A program made the position numbers and the translations under genes. This document shows, in pieces, positions 38,994 to 48,729 of a DNA stretch of 64,000 nucleotides; position 1 is the first letter of the stretch; each line of letters starts with the position of its first letter. This DNA is from Myxococcota bacterium (GTDB lineage: Bacteria > Myxococcota_A > UBA9160 > JAFDDA01): the NCBI GenBank assembly GCA_965228475.1, contig OZ245817.1, positions 1,056,001 through 1,120,000 of the forward strand. Reading direction: 5' to 3'. The notes under the pieces are model-generated. The model was not told the DNA's origin. It did no database searches and saw nothing but the letters and a program-made list of their open reading frames with translations.

Positions 38994-40290
38994 AGACCAC
39001 GAAGGCACGCGTTCTCAGCTGAGCGACGAGCTCCAGTCGTCAGGCTACCGGGTGATTTCAGCGGCCGACGGCCGAGAGGCGCTGGAGGCCTTAAGGAGTC
39101 GTCCTGTGGACCTGATCCTGAGCGACTATCGCATGCGGCCGATGGACGGCTTGTCACTGCTCCGCGCTGTTCGCAAGACGCTCGAGGTGCCCTTCGTTCT
39201 CTACAGCGCAGGAGCCGACGCTCAGGCGGTCTTCGAGGCAGGGCGAGAGGGTGCCGTCCGCTTCCTGGAGTATCCGTTCCGTCTCGCGGACCAGCTCCTT
39301 CCCACGATCGCTGAATCCCTGGGTCGCCCACGTGGCGGCACGCCAAGCGTTCCGCGGGCCGGTGCCGACCGGCTCATCGGCGCCTCCGCAGGCATGCGCC
39401 GCGTGCGGGCCACCATTCGCCGCCTTGCTCCGACTGCGACGACGGTCCTGATCCATGGCGAGACCGGCACCGGCAAGGAGCTCGTGGCCCGGGCCATCCA
39501 TGAGGAGAGCGACCGCGACACCTTCGTGTCGGTCTCCGTGCCGGAGCTGTCGGAGGGCGTGCTCGAGAGCGAGCTCTTCGGTCATACCCGAGGAGCTTTC
39601 ACCGGAGCGGTCTCTTCTCGGCCGGGCCTCTTCGAGGCGGCGAGCGGCGGGACGCTCTTCCTGGACGAGATCGGCGACACCCCGCTGCCGATCCAGGTGA
39701 AGCTCCTCCGGGCGCTCGAAACGCGGGAGATCCGGCCCGTCGGTGGCTCGGCGCCGCGCACGGTGGACGTTCGGATTGTGGCAGCGACCAACCGCGACCT
39801 GGCGGAGATGGTTCGCCGCGGAGAGTTCCGCGAGGATCTCTTCTACCGGCTGCGCGGCGCCACCATCCACCTTCCTCCGCTCCGCGCCAGGACGGCCGAC
39901 ATCGAAGGGATCGCGCAGGTGCTCGTAGCCGAGATCGCAGAGGCAGCGCGAGTGCCGCTTCCGAAGCTGGACCCCGGTTTCCTCGCGGCCCTGGCCGGCT
40001 GTCCATGGAAGGGCAACGTACGAGAGCTGCGGGCCGTCCTGGAGAACGTCATCCTCTGGCGGGACGGGGATGGGCCCCTCGAGCGGGTTCACCTGATCGA
40101 GGCTCTGGTGGCCATGAACCCGAATCTCAGCCCGGAGGACCAGCTTCTGGCACAGAAGATCCTGGACGCCTACCGCCGCCACGGCTGGAACCAGGAGGCC
40201 GCGCGCCGGGAGCTCGGCCTGACTCGCGGCGAGTGGCGCAGCCGGTTCACGCGGCTCGGTCTCGACGCAGTGAGGCGTCGAAGGCGGTGA
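38962..40290 (+). CDS. Sigma-54-dependent response regulator (NtrC family)
   Basis: Receiver (ILLVED, SDYRM), GETGTGKE, ESELFGH, GAFTGA, LFLDEIG, FREDLFYRL, WKGNVREL, HTH. Confidence 0.93.
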   Translation: MTATASILLVEDHEGTRSQLSDELQSSGYRVISAADGREALEALRSRPVDLILSDYRMRPMDGLSLLRAVRKTLEVPFVLYSAGADAQAVFEAGREGAVRFLEYPFRLADQLLPTIAESLGRPRGGTPSVPRAGADRLIGASAGMRRVRATIRRLAPTATTVLIHGETGTGKELVARAIHEESDRDTFVSVSVPELSEGVLESELFGHTRGAFTGAVSSRPGLFEAASGGTLFLDEIGDTPLPIQVKLLRALETREIRPVGGSAPRTVDVRIVAATNRDLAEMVRRGEFREDLFYRLRGATIHLPPLRARTADIEGIAQVLVAEIAEAARVPLPKLDPGFLAALAGCPWKGNVRELRAVLENVILWRDGDGPLERVHLIEALVAMNPNLSPEDQLLAQKILDAYRRHGWNQEAARRELGLTRGEWRSRFTRLGLDAVRRRRR

Positions 40291-41132
40291 AGGCTAGAGC
40301 TGCGCTCCTCCTCGCGCTCCTGGCTGCGAGTGCCACGGCGTCCGGAGCCCCGGACGCGCTCGAGGATGCAGTCGAGCCGTCCGCTCTTCAGATCGTGGAG
40401 ACCGCCTTCGACCGCATGTTCAACTACCCCTCGGTGCGGACGGTGACCCTCCGGATCCACCGCCAGGGCGACCGGATCACCTACCGCTCCTTCGACGTCG
40501 TCTACAAGAAGGTCGATGGCCGCGGCCGAACGCTGCTGCGCTTCACCGAGCCCGAGTATCTGCGCGGCAACACCCTGCTGATCATCGAGGAAGAGGACGG
40601 TCGGAACGACACTTGGATCTACCAGCGGGAGCTGCGGCGGCCGCGACGGGTCCTCGCAGGCCACAAGGGCGACCCGTTCTACGGCAGCGATCTCTCGTTT
40701 GAGGACCTGGAGCACCACGATTGGCGACGCTTCGACCTCCAGCGCCACCCCGACACGACCTTGCAGGGTAGACGGGCCTTCGTCGTGGAGGCGGAGACGC
40801 CATCCGACTCGCAGTACTCGAAGGTCGTGGCGACGGTCGAACGCGATCGCTTCGCACTGCTTCGGCTGGACCTCTTCAAAGCGGGGTCGGGAGAGGCGAT
40901 CAAGTCCTTGGAGTTGGCGGCGGATGAGATCACCGAGGACGGCGGCATCCTCAAGCCCGACCGCATGTGGGTTCGGCAGCCGGGGCGCGATGCCGCGACA
41001 GAGGTGATCTTCGACCAGATCGAGGACGACCCCGAGATCGCAGACTCGGTCTTCGCCGCGATGAGGCTCGAACGTTCGGGCGAAGATCTCTACCGCCTAG
41101 TCGAGCGGCTGCGCGAGGAGTCCGCGCCATGA
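40287..41132 (+). CDS. Outer-membrane lipoprotein-sorting (LolA-like) periplasmic protein
   Basis: Signal peptide; LLRFTEP...DTWIY...RRV...FYGSDLSFEDL, YSKV motifs typical of MMPL-associated LolA-like proteins. Confidence 0.82.
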   Translation: MKARAALLLALLAASATASGAPDALEDAVEPSALQIVETAFDRMFNYPSVRTVTLRIHRQGDRITYRSFDVVYKKVDGRGRTLLRFTEPEYLRGNTLLIIEEEDGRNDTWIYQRELRRPRRVLAGHKGDPFYGSDLSFEDLEHHDWRRFDLQRHPDTTLQGRRAFVVEAETPSDSQYSKVVATVERDRFALLRLDLFKAGSGEAIKSLELAADEITEDGGILKPDRMWVRQPGRDAATEVIFDQIEDDPEIADSVFAAMRLERSGEDLYRLVERLREESAP

Positions 41133-42223
41133 TGGACGGCTACCGCCGACGGCCGCTCTACAGCGCGGACAACGAAGACACGCGCTCCGAACTCAAGGCA
41201 CTCGAGATCGGAGGCGACGACACGGTCGTCGCCATCGCGGCAGGAGGGGGTAGGGCTCTCAGCCTCCTGACGGCCGGTCCAAAGCGTCTCATCGCGATCG
41301 ACCGTCGCCCTGAGCAGGTCTTCAATCTGGAGCTCAAGGCCGCGGCGATGGACGCGTTCGATCTGGCCCACTTTCAGGGCTTCCTGGGCATCGCGCATGG
41401 CTTCGATCGCCTGGACCAATACCGGACTGTTCGCCCGTCTCTTTCGCGAAGCGCCCGAAGGTACTGGGACAATCGCCGTCGGCTCATCGAGGCCGGCGTC
41501 TTTTTCGCCGGCCGCACCGAAACGGCGCTCATCCGGTTCATGCAGGGCTTGAAGGCCCTCGGTCTGATGGCTTGGGCAGAGCCCTTCTTCCAGGCGACCT
41601 CGCTGGAGGCGCAGCAAGCCCTCTTGGAGGCTCGGCGCCAGCACGTAGATCAGGGCATGGTCTGGTGGAAGCTCTTCTGCCACCCCTTGGTGATCTATTC
41701 GCTCGCCCAGGACCCAAGCTTCCTCCGCTCGACGGACGAGAGCGTCGGCGCCTACCTCGTTCGGCGCGTAGTCGACTACGCATCGTCTCACCTGGTCCGA
41801 GAGTCCTACGTCCTGCGGCTCGCTTATGACTGCGGTTTGAGCCCGAACAGTCCGTTGCCACCATACCTCGAAGGCACGGGTTTCGACCAGGCGAAGAAGC
41901 ATCTCGACCGTCTCGAGGTCCAATGCGGCGACCTTCGTGACTTCGTCCCTCGCTCCCGCATCAGTAGTCGGGTCAAGTGGTCGCTCTCGGACGTGAGTTG
42001 CTGGATGACGGAAGCGCAGTTTCATGATCTTCTACGCTCCATCACAGTTGCGCTCCCGCCGGCGTCACGCTTCTGCGCCAGGAACTTCGCAGCTCGCCGC
42101 GAGATTCCGCGCGATCTTCGCCACCGCGTTCGCAGGATGGACGAGCTTTGCTCCGCTCTCAACTCGGAAGACTCCTCGGTCATCTACCGCTTCGAGTGCG
42201 CGGAGATATTTCCAGGCGCCTAG
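41129..42223 (+). CDS. DUF3419 / BtaA-like SAM-dependent 3-amino-3-carboxypropyl transferase
   Basis: LYSADNED...DTVVAIAAGGGRALSLL...PKRLIAID..PEQ..LELKAAA, ARRYWD, SLSDVSCWM. Confidence 0.75.
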   Translation: MMDGYRRRPLYSADNEDTRSELKALEIGGDDTVVAIAAGGGRALSLLTAGPKRLIAIDRRPEQVFNLELKAAAMDAFDLAHFQGFLGIAHGFDRLDQYRTVRPSLSRSARRYWDNRRRLIEAGVFFAGRTETALIRFMQGLKALGLMAWAEPFFQATSLEAQQALLEARRQHVDQGMVWWKLFCHPLVIYSLAQDPSFLRSTDESVGAYLVRRVVDYASSHLVRESYVLRLAYDCGLSPNSPLPPYLEGTGFDQAKKHLDRLEVQCGDLRDFVPRSRISSRVKWSLSDVSCWMTEAQFHDLLRSITVALPPASRFCARNFAARREIPRDLRHRVRRMDELCSALNSEDSSVIYRFECAEIFPGA

Positions 42224-42295
42224 CCAGCGCCGGATTCCTTCCGTTGCCTAGGTCCAATCGAAAGGGTAAGGACCGTATCGACGGTGTAGAGGTAG

Positions 42296-43444
42296 ATGGG
42301 CTTCGCGAAGCGCCACGCCGAGGAACTCGAGTCTCGTGGTTTCGACGAGATCGAAGGTGACGTCTGCCCCGAGTGCGTCGAGGACGAATACCTCAAGGAT
42401 CTGATCAGGCATGCCGCGGACGAAGGTGTCTGCGCGTTCTGTGAGCAGCGCGGAAGCGTCACAGCTGCCGACGCGGTGGCTGGCGAGATCCTATCCGCCC
42501 TCTACTCCGAATACTGCGATCCTGTGCACGAGATGCCGGTTGATGGCGGCGAGTACGTAGAGCTTTCTCCGTTCAGATGGACGGAAGATGTTTTCGATGA
42601 AGTCTGTTCCTCTGCCTTCTCGCCCTCCGGCGATGCGTTCTACCAGGCCGTTCTCGACTCCCTTCCGAGCTAACAGTGGGTGGAGGTCTCGTGGCGGGGC
42701 GACAGCCGAATCGAGATCATGAGGGACGCGTGGTCCACCCTGTCGCTAGTCAGTCGGTTTGAGCGAAGGTATTTCTTCCATTCGGCCGAGTCTGATGAGC
42801 CCTTTGGCTGGTCGCCGATCCGGCTCCTTGAAGCGGTGGCTGCGCTTGCCGAGAGGTATGACCTGATCCGTTCATTGGGCTCGGAGACGCGGGTCTATCG
42901 AGCTAGGGAGCATGGCGCGCGCGAGGCCCCAGGCTCGGCGCCCCTGTTGGGTTCGCCGCCCACGGAGAACTCGCGTGCCAATCGCATGAGCCCCCAGGGT
43001 ATTTCCATGTTCTACGGAGCGATGGACCGACCTACGGCGCTTGCCGAAACGAGCGGCATCCGTACGACGGCGGCCTGGGTTGCTTCACAACCCCTCGAGG
43101 TGTTGGACTTGTGCCGGCTCCCGGCAGCGCCGAGCCCGTTCAACTCTTCGATCGGCCGCAACGATCGAGAAGGCATGATCTTCTTGCACGAGTTCAAGAA
43201 CGAGCTTCGGAAGCCTATCGCCAGAAACGGGCAAGAGGGAACTGAGTACGTTCCCACACAAGTCGTCACGGAGTACTTCCGACTCGCTACGCCTGCTCAG
43301 GGGATCCTCTTCCCGTCCAGCCGTTGCGACGGAGATTGTTGCGTACTCTTTCTCGGAAACCGCTCCTGCGTCAATTCCCCACGGGAAGCAGGCGATGAAA
43401 CCGACCTAGTCCTACTCCACGACTCGATCCAACGGCACGGCTAG
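42296..43444 (+). pseudogene. RES-domain protein with Cys-rich (HEPN/RES-associated) N-terminal domain; in-frame TAA at 42671-42673
   Basis: ORFs 42296 and 42680 share a frame; CPEC..CAFC; VYRAR, NRMSPQGISMFYGA, TALAE, EYVPTQVVTEY, GILFPSS. Confidence 0.8.
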
Positions 43445-43489
43445 GTCCCAGGGGCTCTCACAGCCTCTTTCGCCGGCGTCTCGGGGCAA

Positions 43490-44305
43490 TCACTTCTCTG
43501 GACCGGGCAGTTCTGGTTGAAAGCGGCTCAGCGCACGTAGTCGACCGACGGCTGCCGAAGCGAGGTACTGGGCAAGCTCGCGAGACTCTGATGTCTCATC
43601 TGGGTATAGGTTCGACAGACGCTTCTCCGGCGGTTGAATGAATGTGATGAGCAGGCAGTGGAGATCGAGGACCGAGATCAAGCGCGAAAAGTTGTAGCGC
43701 GTTCCGTAGTCCTGGGCGTCTGCGATTCCATGAAGGATCGAGTGCCGATTCAGGCTCTCGCCTTCGGGTAGCCGATCCGAGTCTCTCCAGAACCTCTCCT
43801 CAAAGAACCGACGATAGCTGGCAATGACGAGCTCCACTTCCTCCCTGGCCGCTGGGTGCGTTGCCTCTGCGGATCGAGAACCCACGTCGTCGAGCACGTT
43901 CCGCAGTAGTGTCGCGGCTCTTCGTGGCACCGGGATCTGCTGGTCTCTTGCGATCGCGCGAGCGACACCTTCGACCACGGGAGCCAAGCCGGTCGTGGCA
44001 ACGCCCAAGAACCCATAGCTCGCCGCCTCGATGCACTCCCAGATCGTCGGAGCGAACTCCCGAACGAACGGCCACTCGCGGTACCGGTACAGGTACATGA
44101 CGGCTAGAGCACGCGGAGGATACAGGCCACAGACGCCGTCCCGTACGATCTCGGACCTCTCGTAGCGAGGTGCGGCCTCGATCTTTTCAGCGAGCTCGAA
44201 GACAGCTCGGCCTATGACGTAGGCCGGCAGGAACCAGCCGTGCTCGTTGAAAAGGGTGGCAGCGCGGCGCCATTTGTCGATAGCGGGCTCTCGGTGCTTC
44301 TTCAC
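43490..44305 (-). CDS. Hypothetical protein with HEPN-like RxxxxH motif
   Basis: LNRHSILHG near C-terminus; helical; convergent with RES gene. Confidence 0.6.
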   Translation of the reverse strand: MKKHREPAIDKWRRAATLFNEHGWFLPAYVIGRAVFELAEKIEAAPRYERSEIVRDGVCGLYPPRALAVMYLYRYREWPFVREFAPTIWECIEAASYGFLGVATTGLAPVVEGVARAIARDQQIPVPRRAATLLRNVLDDVGSRSAEATHPAAREEVELVIASYRRFFEERFWRDSDRLPEGESLNRHSILHGIADAQDYGTRYNFSRLISVLDLHCLLITFIQPPEKRLSNLYPDETSESRELAQYLASAAVGRLRALSRFQPELPGPEK

Positions 44306-44549
44306 CCGAGAGGCGCTCCGAGCCTGATCGTGACCGTCATCCGACCACGATCACACACAGCTCGGGTCGTCCGCTACAGCGGCTGGCGTGGTTCCCGCTG
44401 GTTCTCTCGCGCCTACCAGAACCTTTCGGATCTCTCTTCGCAGCGGCGCTCCCAGACTTCATCGTGGCTACTCAATCACCCGGTACTTTCGGGCAGTTAG
44501 CCCACGTCGACGGTCGCCAAGGCCCAGCATCTCTTTGGCCCGACCCCGA

Positions 44550-44565
44550 TGGCACGGTCATTGCT
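44550..44565 (+). promoter_or_regulatory. Sigma-54 (-24/-12) promoter of the trb operon
   Basis: TGGCACGGTCATTGCT matches TGGCACG-N4-TTGCW, 17 nt before trbB ATG. Confidence 0.85.
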
Positions 44566-44582
44566 CTAGCCCGGGGCTGCCC

Positions 44583-45563
44583 ATGAGCCCCTCCTCCACC
44601 GACCTCCACGGGCAACGCGATAGGCGTCTGCGCGACAAGCTGCGGCGAGAGCTCGGCGGCGACGTGCTCGCTGCGCTTGCTGACTCGGCCGTGGTCGAGA
44701 TCATGCTGAACGCGGACGGCGACCTGTGGGTGGAGCGGCTGGTCTCTGGTGTCGCCCGGCTCGAGCGGAGCATGAGCCACTCTCAGGCCGAGAACCTCCT
44801 CGGCACCGTCGCCGCCATCGCTGACACCGAGATCAACGAGTCGAGTCCGCTGCTCGAGGTCGAGCTGCCGTTCGATGGCAGTCGCTTCCACGGGGTCGTG
44901 CCTCCGATCTCTGCCGGCCCCGTCTTCGCGATCCGGAAGCGCGCGATCCGCGTCCACACGCTCGACGAATATGTGGGGCAGGGGGTCATGCTGGCTTGGG
45001 AGCGTGACGCGCTCTGCGATGCGCTGGAGCGTCGAGAGAACATCGTCATCTGTGGGGGCACTGGATCTGGGAAGACGACGCTCGCGAACGCGCTGCTTCG
45101 CGAGGCGGTCGACCTGGCCGGGCCCAGCGAGCGGTTCGTGATTCTCGAGGACACGGTCGAGCTCCAGTGCTCGGCCGCCAACCATATCCAGCTCAGGACG
45201 ACGGACGACGTCGACCTGACGCGCCTGGTTCGGGCCACGATGCGGCTGCGGCCCGACCGCATCGTCATCGGGGAGATACGGGGGAGGGAGGCCCTCGCGC
45301 TGCTCAAGGCGTGGAATACCGGCCATCCGGGGGGGATGACCACGGTCCATGCAAACAGCGCGGGGGCAGCCCTCTCCCGAATCGATCAGCTCGTGCAGGA
45401 GGCCGGTGTCCCGACCCAGCCGGAGCTGATCGCCGACTCGGTGGACCTGATTGTTTCGATCACTCGCAAGAACGGTGGGCGCCGGGTGGACGAGCTCCTC
45501 CGCGTGGAGGGCTACGAACCCGGCCAAGGCTACTGCCTGTCGCGCGTTGACGCGGGAGGCTGA
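44583..45563 (+). CDS. trbB: P-type conjugative transfer ATPase TrbB (VirB11)
   Basis: VVEIMLNADG.LWVERL, GGTGSGKTT, ILEDTVELQC, MRLRPDRIVIGE, AWNTGHPGG.TTVHAN. Confidence 0.93.
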   Translation: MSPSSTDLHGQRDRRLRDKLRRELGGDVLAALADSAVVEIMLNADGDLWVERLVSGVARLERSMSHSQAENLLGTVAAIADTEINESSPLLEVELPFDGSRFHGVVPPISAGPVFAIRKRAIRVHTLDEYVGQGVMLAWERDALCDALERRENIVICGGTGSGKTTLANALLREAVDLAGPSERFVILEDTVELQCSAANHIQLRTTDDVDLTRLVRATMRLRPDRIVIGEIRGREALALLKAWNTGHPGGMTTVHANSAGAALSRIDQLVQEAGVPTQPELIADSVDLIVSITRKNGGRRVDELLRVEGYEPGQGYCLSRVDAGG

Positions 45564-45573
45564 GGAGGCAGAG

Positions 45574-45939
45574 ATGAACGCAGGCAAGGTGATGGCGGCT
45601 CGTTCCCGAGGGCGGGCCGGTCGGTGGGGCAGGGCGCTCGTGACGGCGGGGGCGCTGGGAGGCCTGGCGCTCCTGGTGGCACCGGAGGTCGCCCATGCGA
45701 CGCCCTCGGGGCCGTCGATGCCTTGGGACGCGCCGCTCCAGACGCTCCTCGACAACCTCCAAGGGACGGTGGCGCGGATCCTCGTCACCGTGGCGGTGGT
45801 CATCACGGGCCTCCTGTTCGCGTTCGGCGAGTCGGGCGGCGCCTTCCGGCGGGTCTTCGGGATCGCGTTCGGGGCGGCCATCGCTCTGGGCTCGCTGACC
45901 GTCCTCTCGAGCCTCGGGTTCGTGGGAGCGACCTTCTGA
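45574..45939 (+). CDS. trbC: Conjugative pilin TrbC (VirB2)
   Basis: AHA signal, MPWDAPLQ..L..LQG.VA, GLLFAFGE.GG.FRR. Confidence 0.9.
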   Translation: MNAGKVMAARSRGRAGRWGRALVTAGALGGLALLVAPEVAHATPSGPSMPWDAPLQTLLDNLQGTVARILVTVAVVITGLLFAFGESGGAFRRVFGIAFGAAIALGSLTVLSSLGFVGATF

Positions 45940-46292
45940 TGGAGCCGGGGACCACGCGAGGGGCCGATGTCGATCGTCCCAGGATCGTTCCGATTCACAG
46001 AGCACTGACACGCCCGGTCCTGCTTGCTGGAGCGGATCGGGAGCTCGTCCTCGCCAACGGCGTGGTGGTGATCGCTCTGCTCTTCGGGATCGGCTTCTCG
46101 TGGTACACGGCCTCGGTCTCGGCGGTCCTGCTGATCGTGGGGCACTGGGGCCTCGTGCTCCTCGCGAAGCGCGACGCGGAAATCCGGCGGGTGTACGTGC
46201 GCCACGTTCGCTTGGCGACGTACTACCCGGCCGCGGCGCGCTGCGTCCGAACCGCTCCGCTCGTCCACGCCTCCGTGACGGTCTCGGAGTAG
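45939..46292 (+). CDS. trbD: TrbD (VirB3)
   Basis: PIHRALTRPVLLAGADREL...AKRD. Confidence 0.88.
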   Translation: MEPGTTRGADVDRPRIVPIHRALTRPVLLAGADRELVLANGVVVIALLFGIGFSWYTASVSAVLLIVGHWGLVLLAKRDAEIRRVYVRHVRLATYYPAAARCVRTAPLVHASVTVSE

Positions 46293-46296
46293 CGGC

Positions 46297-48729
46297 GTGC
46301 TTCGCGAGCATCGTGCGCAGGCGCTCGGGCTGCCGGACCTCCTGAACTTCGCCGCCCTGGTCGAGGAGGGCATCGTCCTCAACAAGGACGGCGCCCTCCT
46401 CACGGGCTGGTGGTACGCGGGGCCGGACATGGAGGCGGCCAGCCACGAGGAGATGGCGGTCCTCTCCTCGCAGGTGAACGGCGCCCTGGCCCGGCTTGGC
46501 AACGGCTGGATGCTCCAGGCCGATGCCATCCGGAAGCCGGCAGGAGCCTATCCGCCGCAAGGTGCCTTTGCGGATCCGACGACAGCCCTGATCGATGAAG
46601 AGCGCCGCCGGCAGTACCTGGCCGGAAGGAGCACCTACGAGAGCGTCTATGCGCTCACCGCGACCTACCTGCCGCCGCGCGACGTCCAAGCGCGGCTCGG
46701 CGGCTGGTTCGTCGAAGGGGAGGCGGAGGACGCGGGTGGATACGAGACCATCCTGCGCTCCTACCAGCGTCAGGTGGTGGAGCTCGAGGACGCCCTCTCC
46801 GACCGGCTCTCGATCAGCCGGATGGACTCTGAAGATCTCCTGAGCTTCCTCCACCTCTGCGTCACGGGCCGGGCGCAGCCCGTGCGAATCCCGCCCACCC
46901 CGATGTACCTGGACGCCCTGCTTGGAAGCCAGGATCTCGTCGGCGGGTTCCGCCCGCGCGTGGGCGACCGACACGTGCGGCCGATCGCCGTCGTGGGATT
47001 CCCTGCGGACTCGTTCCCCGGAATCCTGGACTTCCTCAACCGCCTTCCCGTCGAGTACCGCTGGTCGAACCGCTTCATCCCCCTCGATCCCGACACGGCG
47101 GAGGCTCGCCTCCGGATCGTCCGCCGCAACTGGTTCCAGAAGCGCCAGGGTCTCTCCGGCCTGGTGAAGCAGGCACTGAACATGGGGGAGTCGACCTTCG
47201 GCAATCGCGATGCCGTTGCGATGGCGGAGGACGCGGACGACGCCGTGGAGGAGGCGTCTTCCGGAACCGTCCGGTTTGGCTACTACACGAGCGTCATCGT
47301 CCTTCTCGACGACGAACTCGAAGCCCTGGACGCCGCGTCGCGCCAGGTCTGCCGCAGCCTCCAACACCACGGCTTCGCAGCGCGCGTGGAAGAAGTGAAC
47401 GCGCTCGAGGCGTACCTGGGCTCCATCCCCGGGCACGGCCATCGGAACGTCCGGCGTCCGCTGATCCACACGCTGAATTTCGCCGACCTCATCCCGACGA
47501 CGAGCGTCTGGCCGGGCCTCGACGAGAACCCGAGCCCCTACTATCCAGCGGGCAGCCCGGCGCTCCTCTACGCGAACACCTCCGGCTCGACGCCGTTCCG
47601 TCTGAACCTCCACGTCTCGGACGTGGGGCACACGCTCGTCCTCGGCCCCACCGGCTCCGGCAAGTCGACCCTGCTCGGTCTCCTGATGGCCCAGTTCTTC
47701 CGGTATCCGGGCGCCCAGGTCTTCGCCTTCGACAAGGGCTACAGCAGCCTCGTCCTCGCGAAGGCTGCCGGCGGCGATCACTACGACGTGGCCAGCGGTG
47801 AGAGCGAGGATCTGGCCTTCTGTCCGCTCTCCGGTGTCGATCGCGCGGAAGAGAGGCTCTGGGCAGCCGGCTGGGTGGAGATCCTGCTCGGGCTCCAGGA
47901 CGTGGCGGTGACGCCCGCTCACCGCCAGGCGATCCAGGCAGCGCTCGAGCGTCTCGGCACCAGTGAGAGCCGCACACTCACCGACTTCGTCAACACGGTG
48001 CAGGACCGGCTGATCCGGGAGGGCCTCCGCCACTACACGCTCCAGGGCGCGATGGGTCGCCTTCTCGACGCCGAGGAAGACGGGCTCCGGAACGGCAGCT
48101 TCCAGGTCTTCGAGATGGAGCACCTGATGAACACGGGCGACGTCAACGCGGTGCCCGTGCTCGCCTACCTGTTCCACCGCATCGAGCAGCGCCTGACGGG
48201 CCGGCCCACGCTGATCGTGATCGACGAGGCCTGGCTGATGCTCACGCACGGTGTCTTCGCCGAGAAGCTGGAGGAGTGGCTCCGGGTCCTCCGCAAGGCG
48301 AACGCCGCCGTCGTCTTCGTGACGCAGAGCCTGGCCGAGGTCTTCCGCTCTACTCGCCGGGACCTCCTGCTCGAGTCGTGCCCAACGAGGCTCTTCCTGC
48401 CGAACCCGGGCGCCCACAGCGAGCAAACCAGCGAGCTCTACCGGCGGATCGGCCTGAGCCAGCAAGAGATCGAGATCGTCGCAGGGGCCGTCCCCAAGCG
48501 GCACTACTACTACGCCTCTCCCCTCGGCCGCCGGCTCCTCGACCTCGGCCTCGGCCCGCTCGCGTTGAGCTTCGTCGGCGCGTCCGGCCGCGAGGACCTC
48601 GAACTCTGCCGCGGCCTCATCGAAGACAACCCGGGCGACTGGCCGGCGGAGTGGCTCCGCTGCCGTGGCCTGGGGGACTGGGCCGATGGATGGCGCGCCC
48701 TGAAGGAGAACCAGCATGCTTCGACCTAG
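46297..48729 (+). CDS. trbE: Conjugative ATPase TrbE (VirB4)
   Basis: LNKDG, YRWSNRFI, TPFRLNLHVSDVGHT, GPTGSGKS, FDKGYS, IDEAW, LRKAN. Confidence 0.95.
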   Translation: MLREHRAQALGLPDLLNFAALVEEGIVLNKDGALLTGWWYAGPDMEAASHEEMAVLSSQVNGALARLGNGWMLQADAIRKPAGAYPPQGAFADPTTALIDEERRRQYLAGRSTYESVYALTATYLPPRDVQARLGGWFVEGEAEDAGGYETILRSYQRQVVELEDALSDRLSISRMDSEDLLSFLHLCVTGRAQPVRIPPTPMYLDALLGSQDLVGGFRPRVGDRHVRPIAVVGFPADSFPGILDFLNRLPVEYRWSNRFIPLDPDTAEARLRIVRRNWFQKRQGLSGLVKQALNMGESTFGNRDAVAMAEDADDAVEEASSGTVRFGYYTSVIVLLDDELEALDAASRQVCRSLQHHGFAARVEEVNALEAYLGSIPGHGHRNVRRPLIHTLNFADLIPTTSVWPGLDENPSPYYPAGSPALLYANTSGSTPFRLNLHVSDVGHTLVLGPTGSGKSTLLGLLMAQFFRYPGAQVFAFDKGYSSLVLAKAAGGDHYDVASGESEDLAFCPLSGVDRAEERLWAAGWVEILLGLQDVAVTPAHRQAIQAALERLGTSESRTLTDFVNTVQDRLIREGLRHYTLQGAMGRLLDAEEDGLRNGSFQVFEMEHLMNTGDVNAVPVLAYLFHRIEQRLTGRPTLIVIDEAWLMLTHGVFAEKLEEWLRVLRKANAAVVFVTQSLAEVFRSTRRDLLLESCPTRLFLPNPGAHSEQTSELYRRIGLSQQEIEIVAGAVPKRHYYYASPLGRRLLDLGLGPLALSFVGASGREDLELCRGLIEDNPGDWPAEWLRCRGLGDWADGWRALKENQHAST

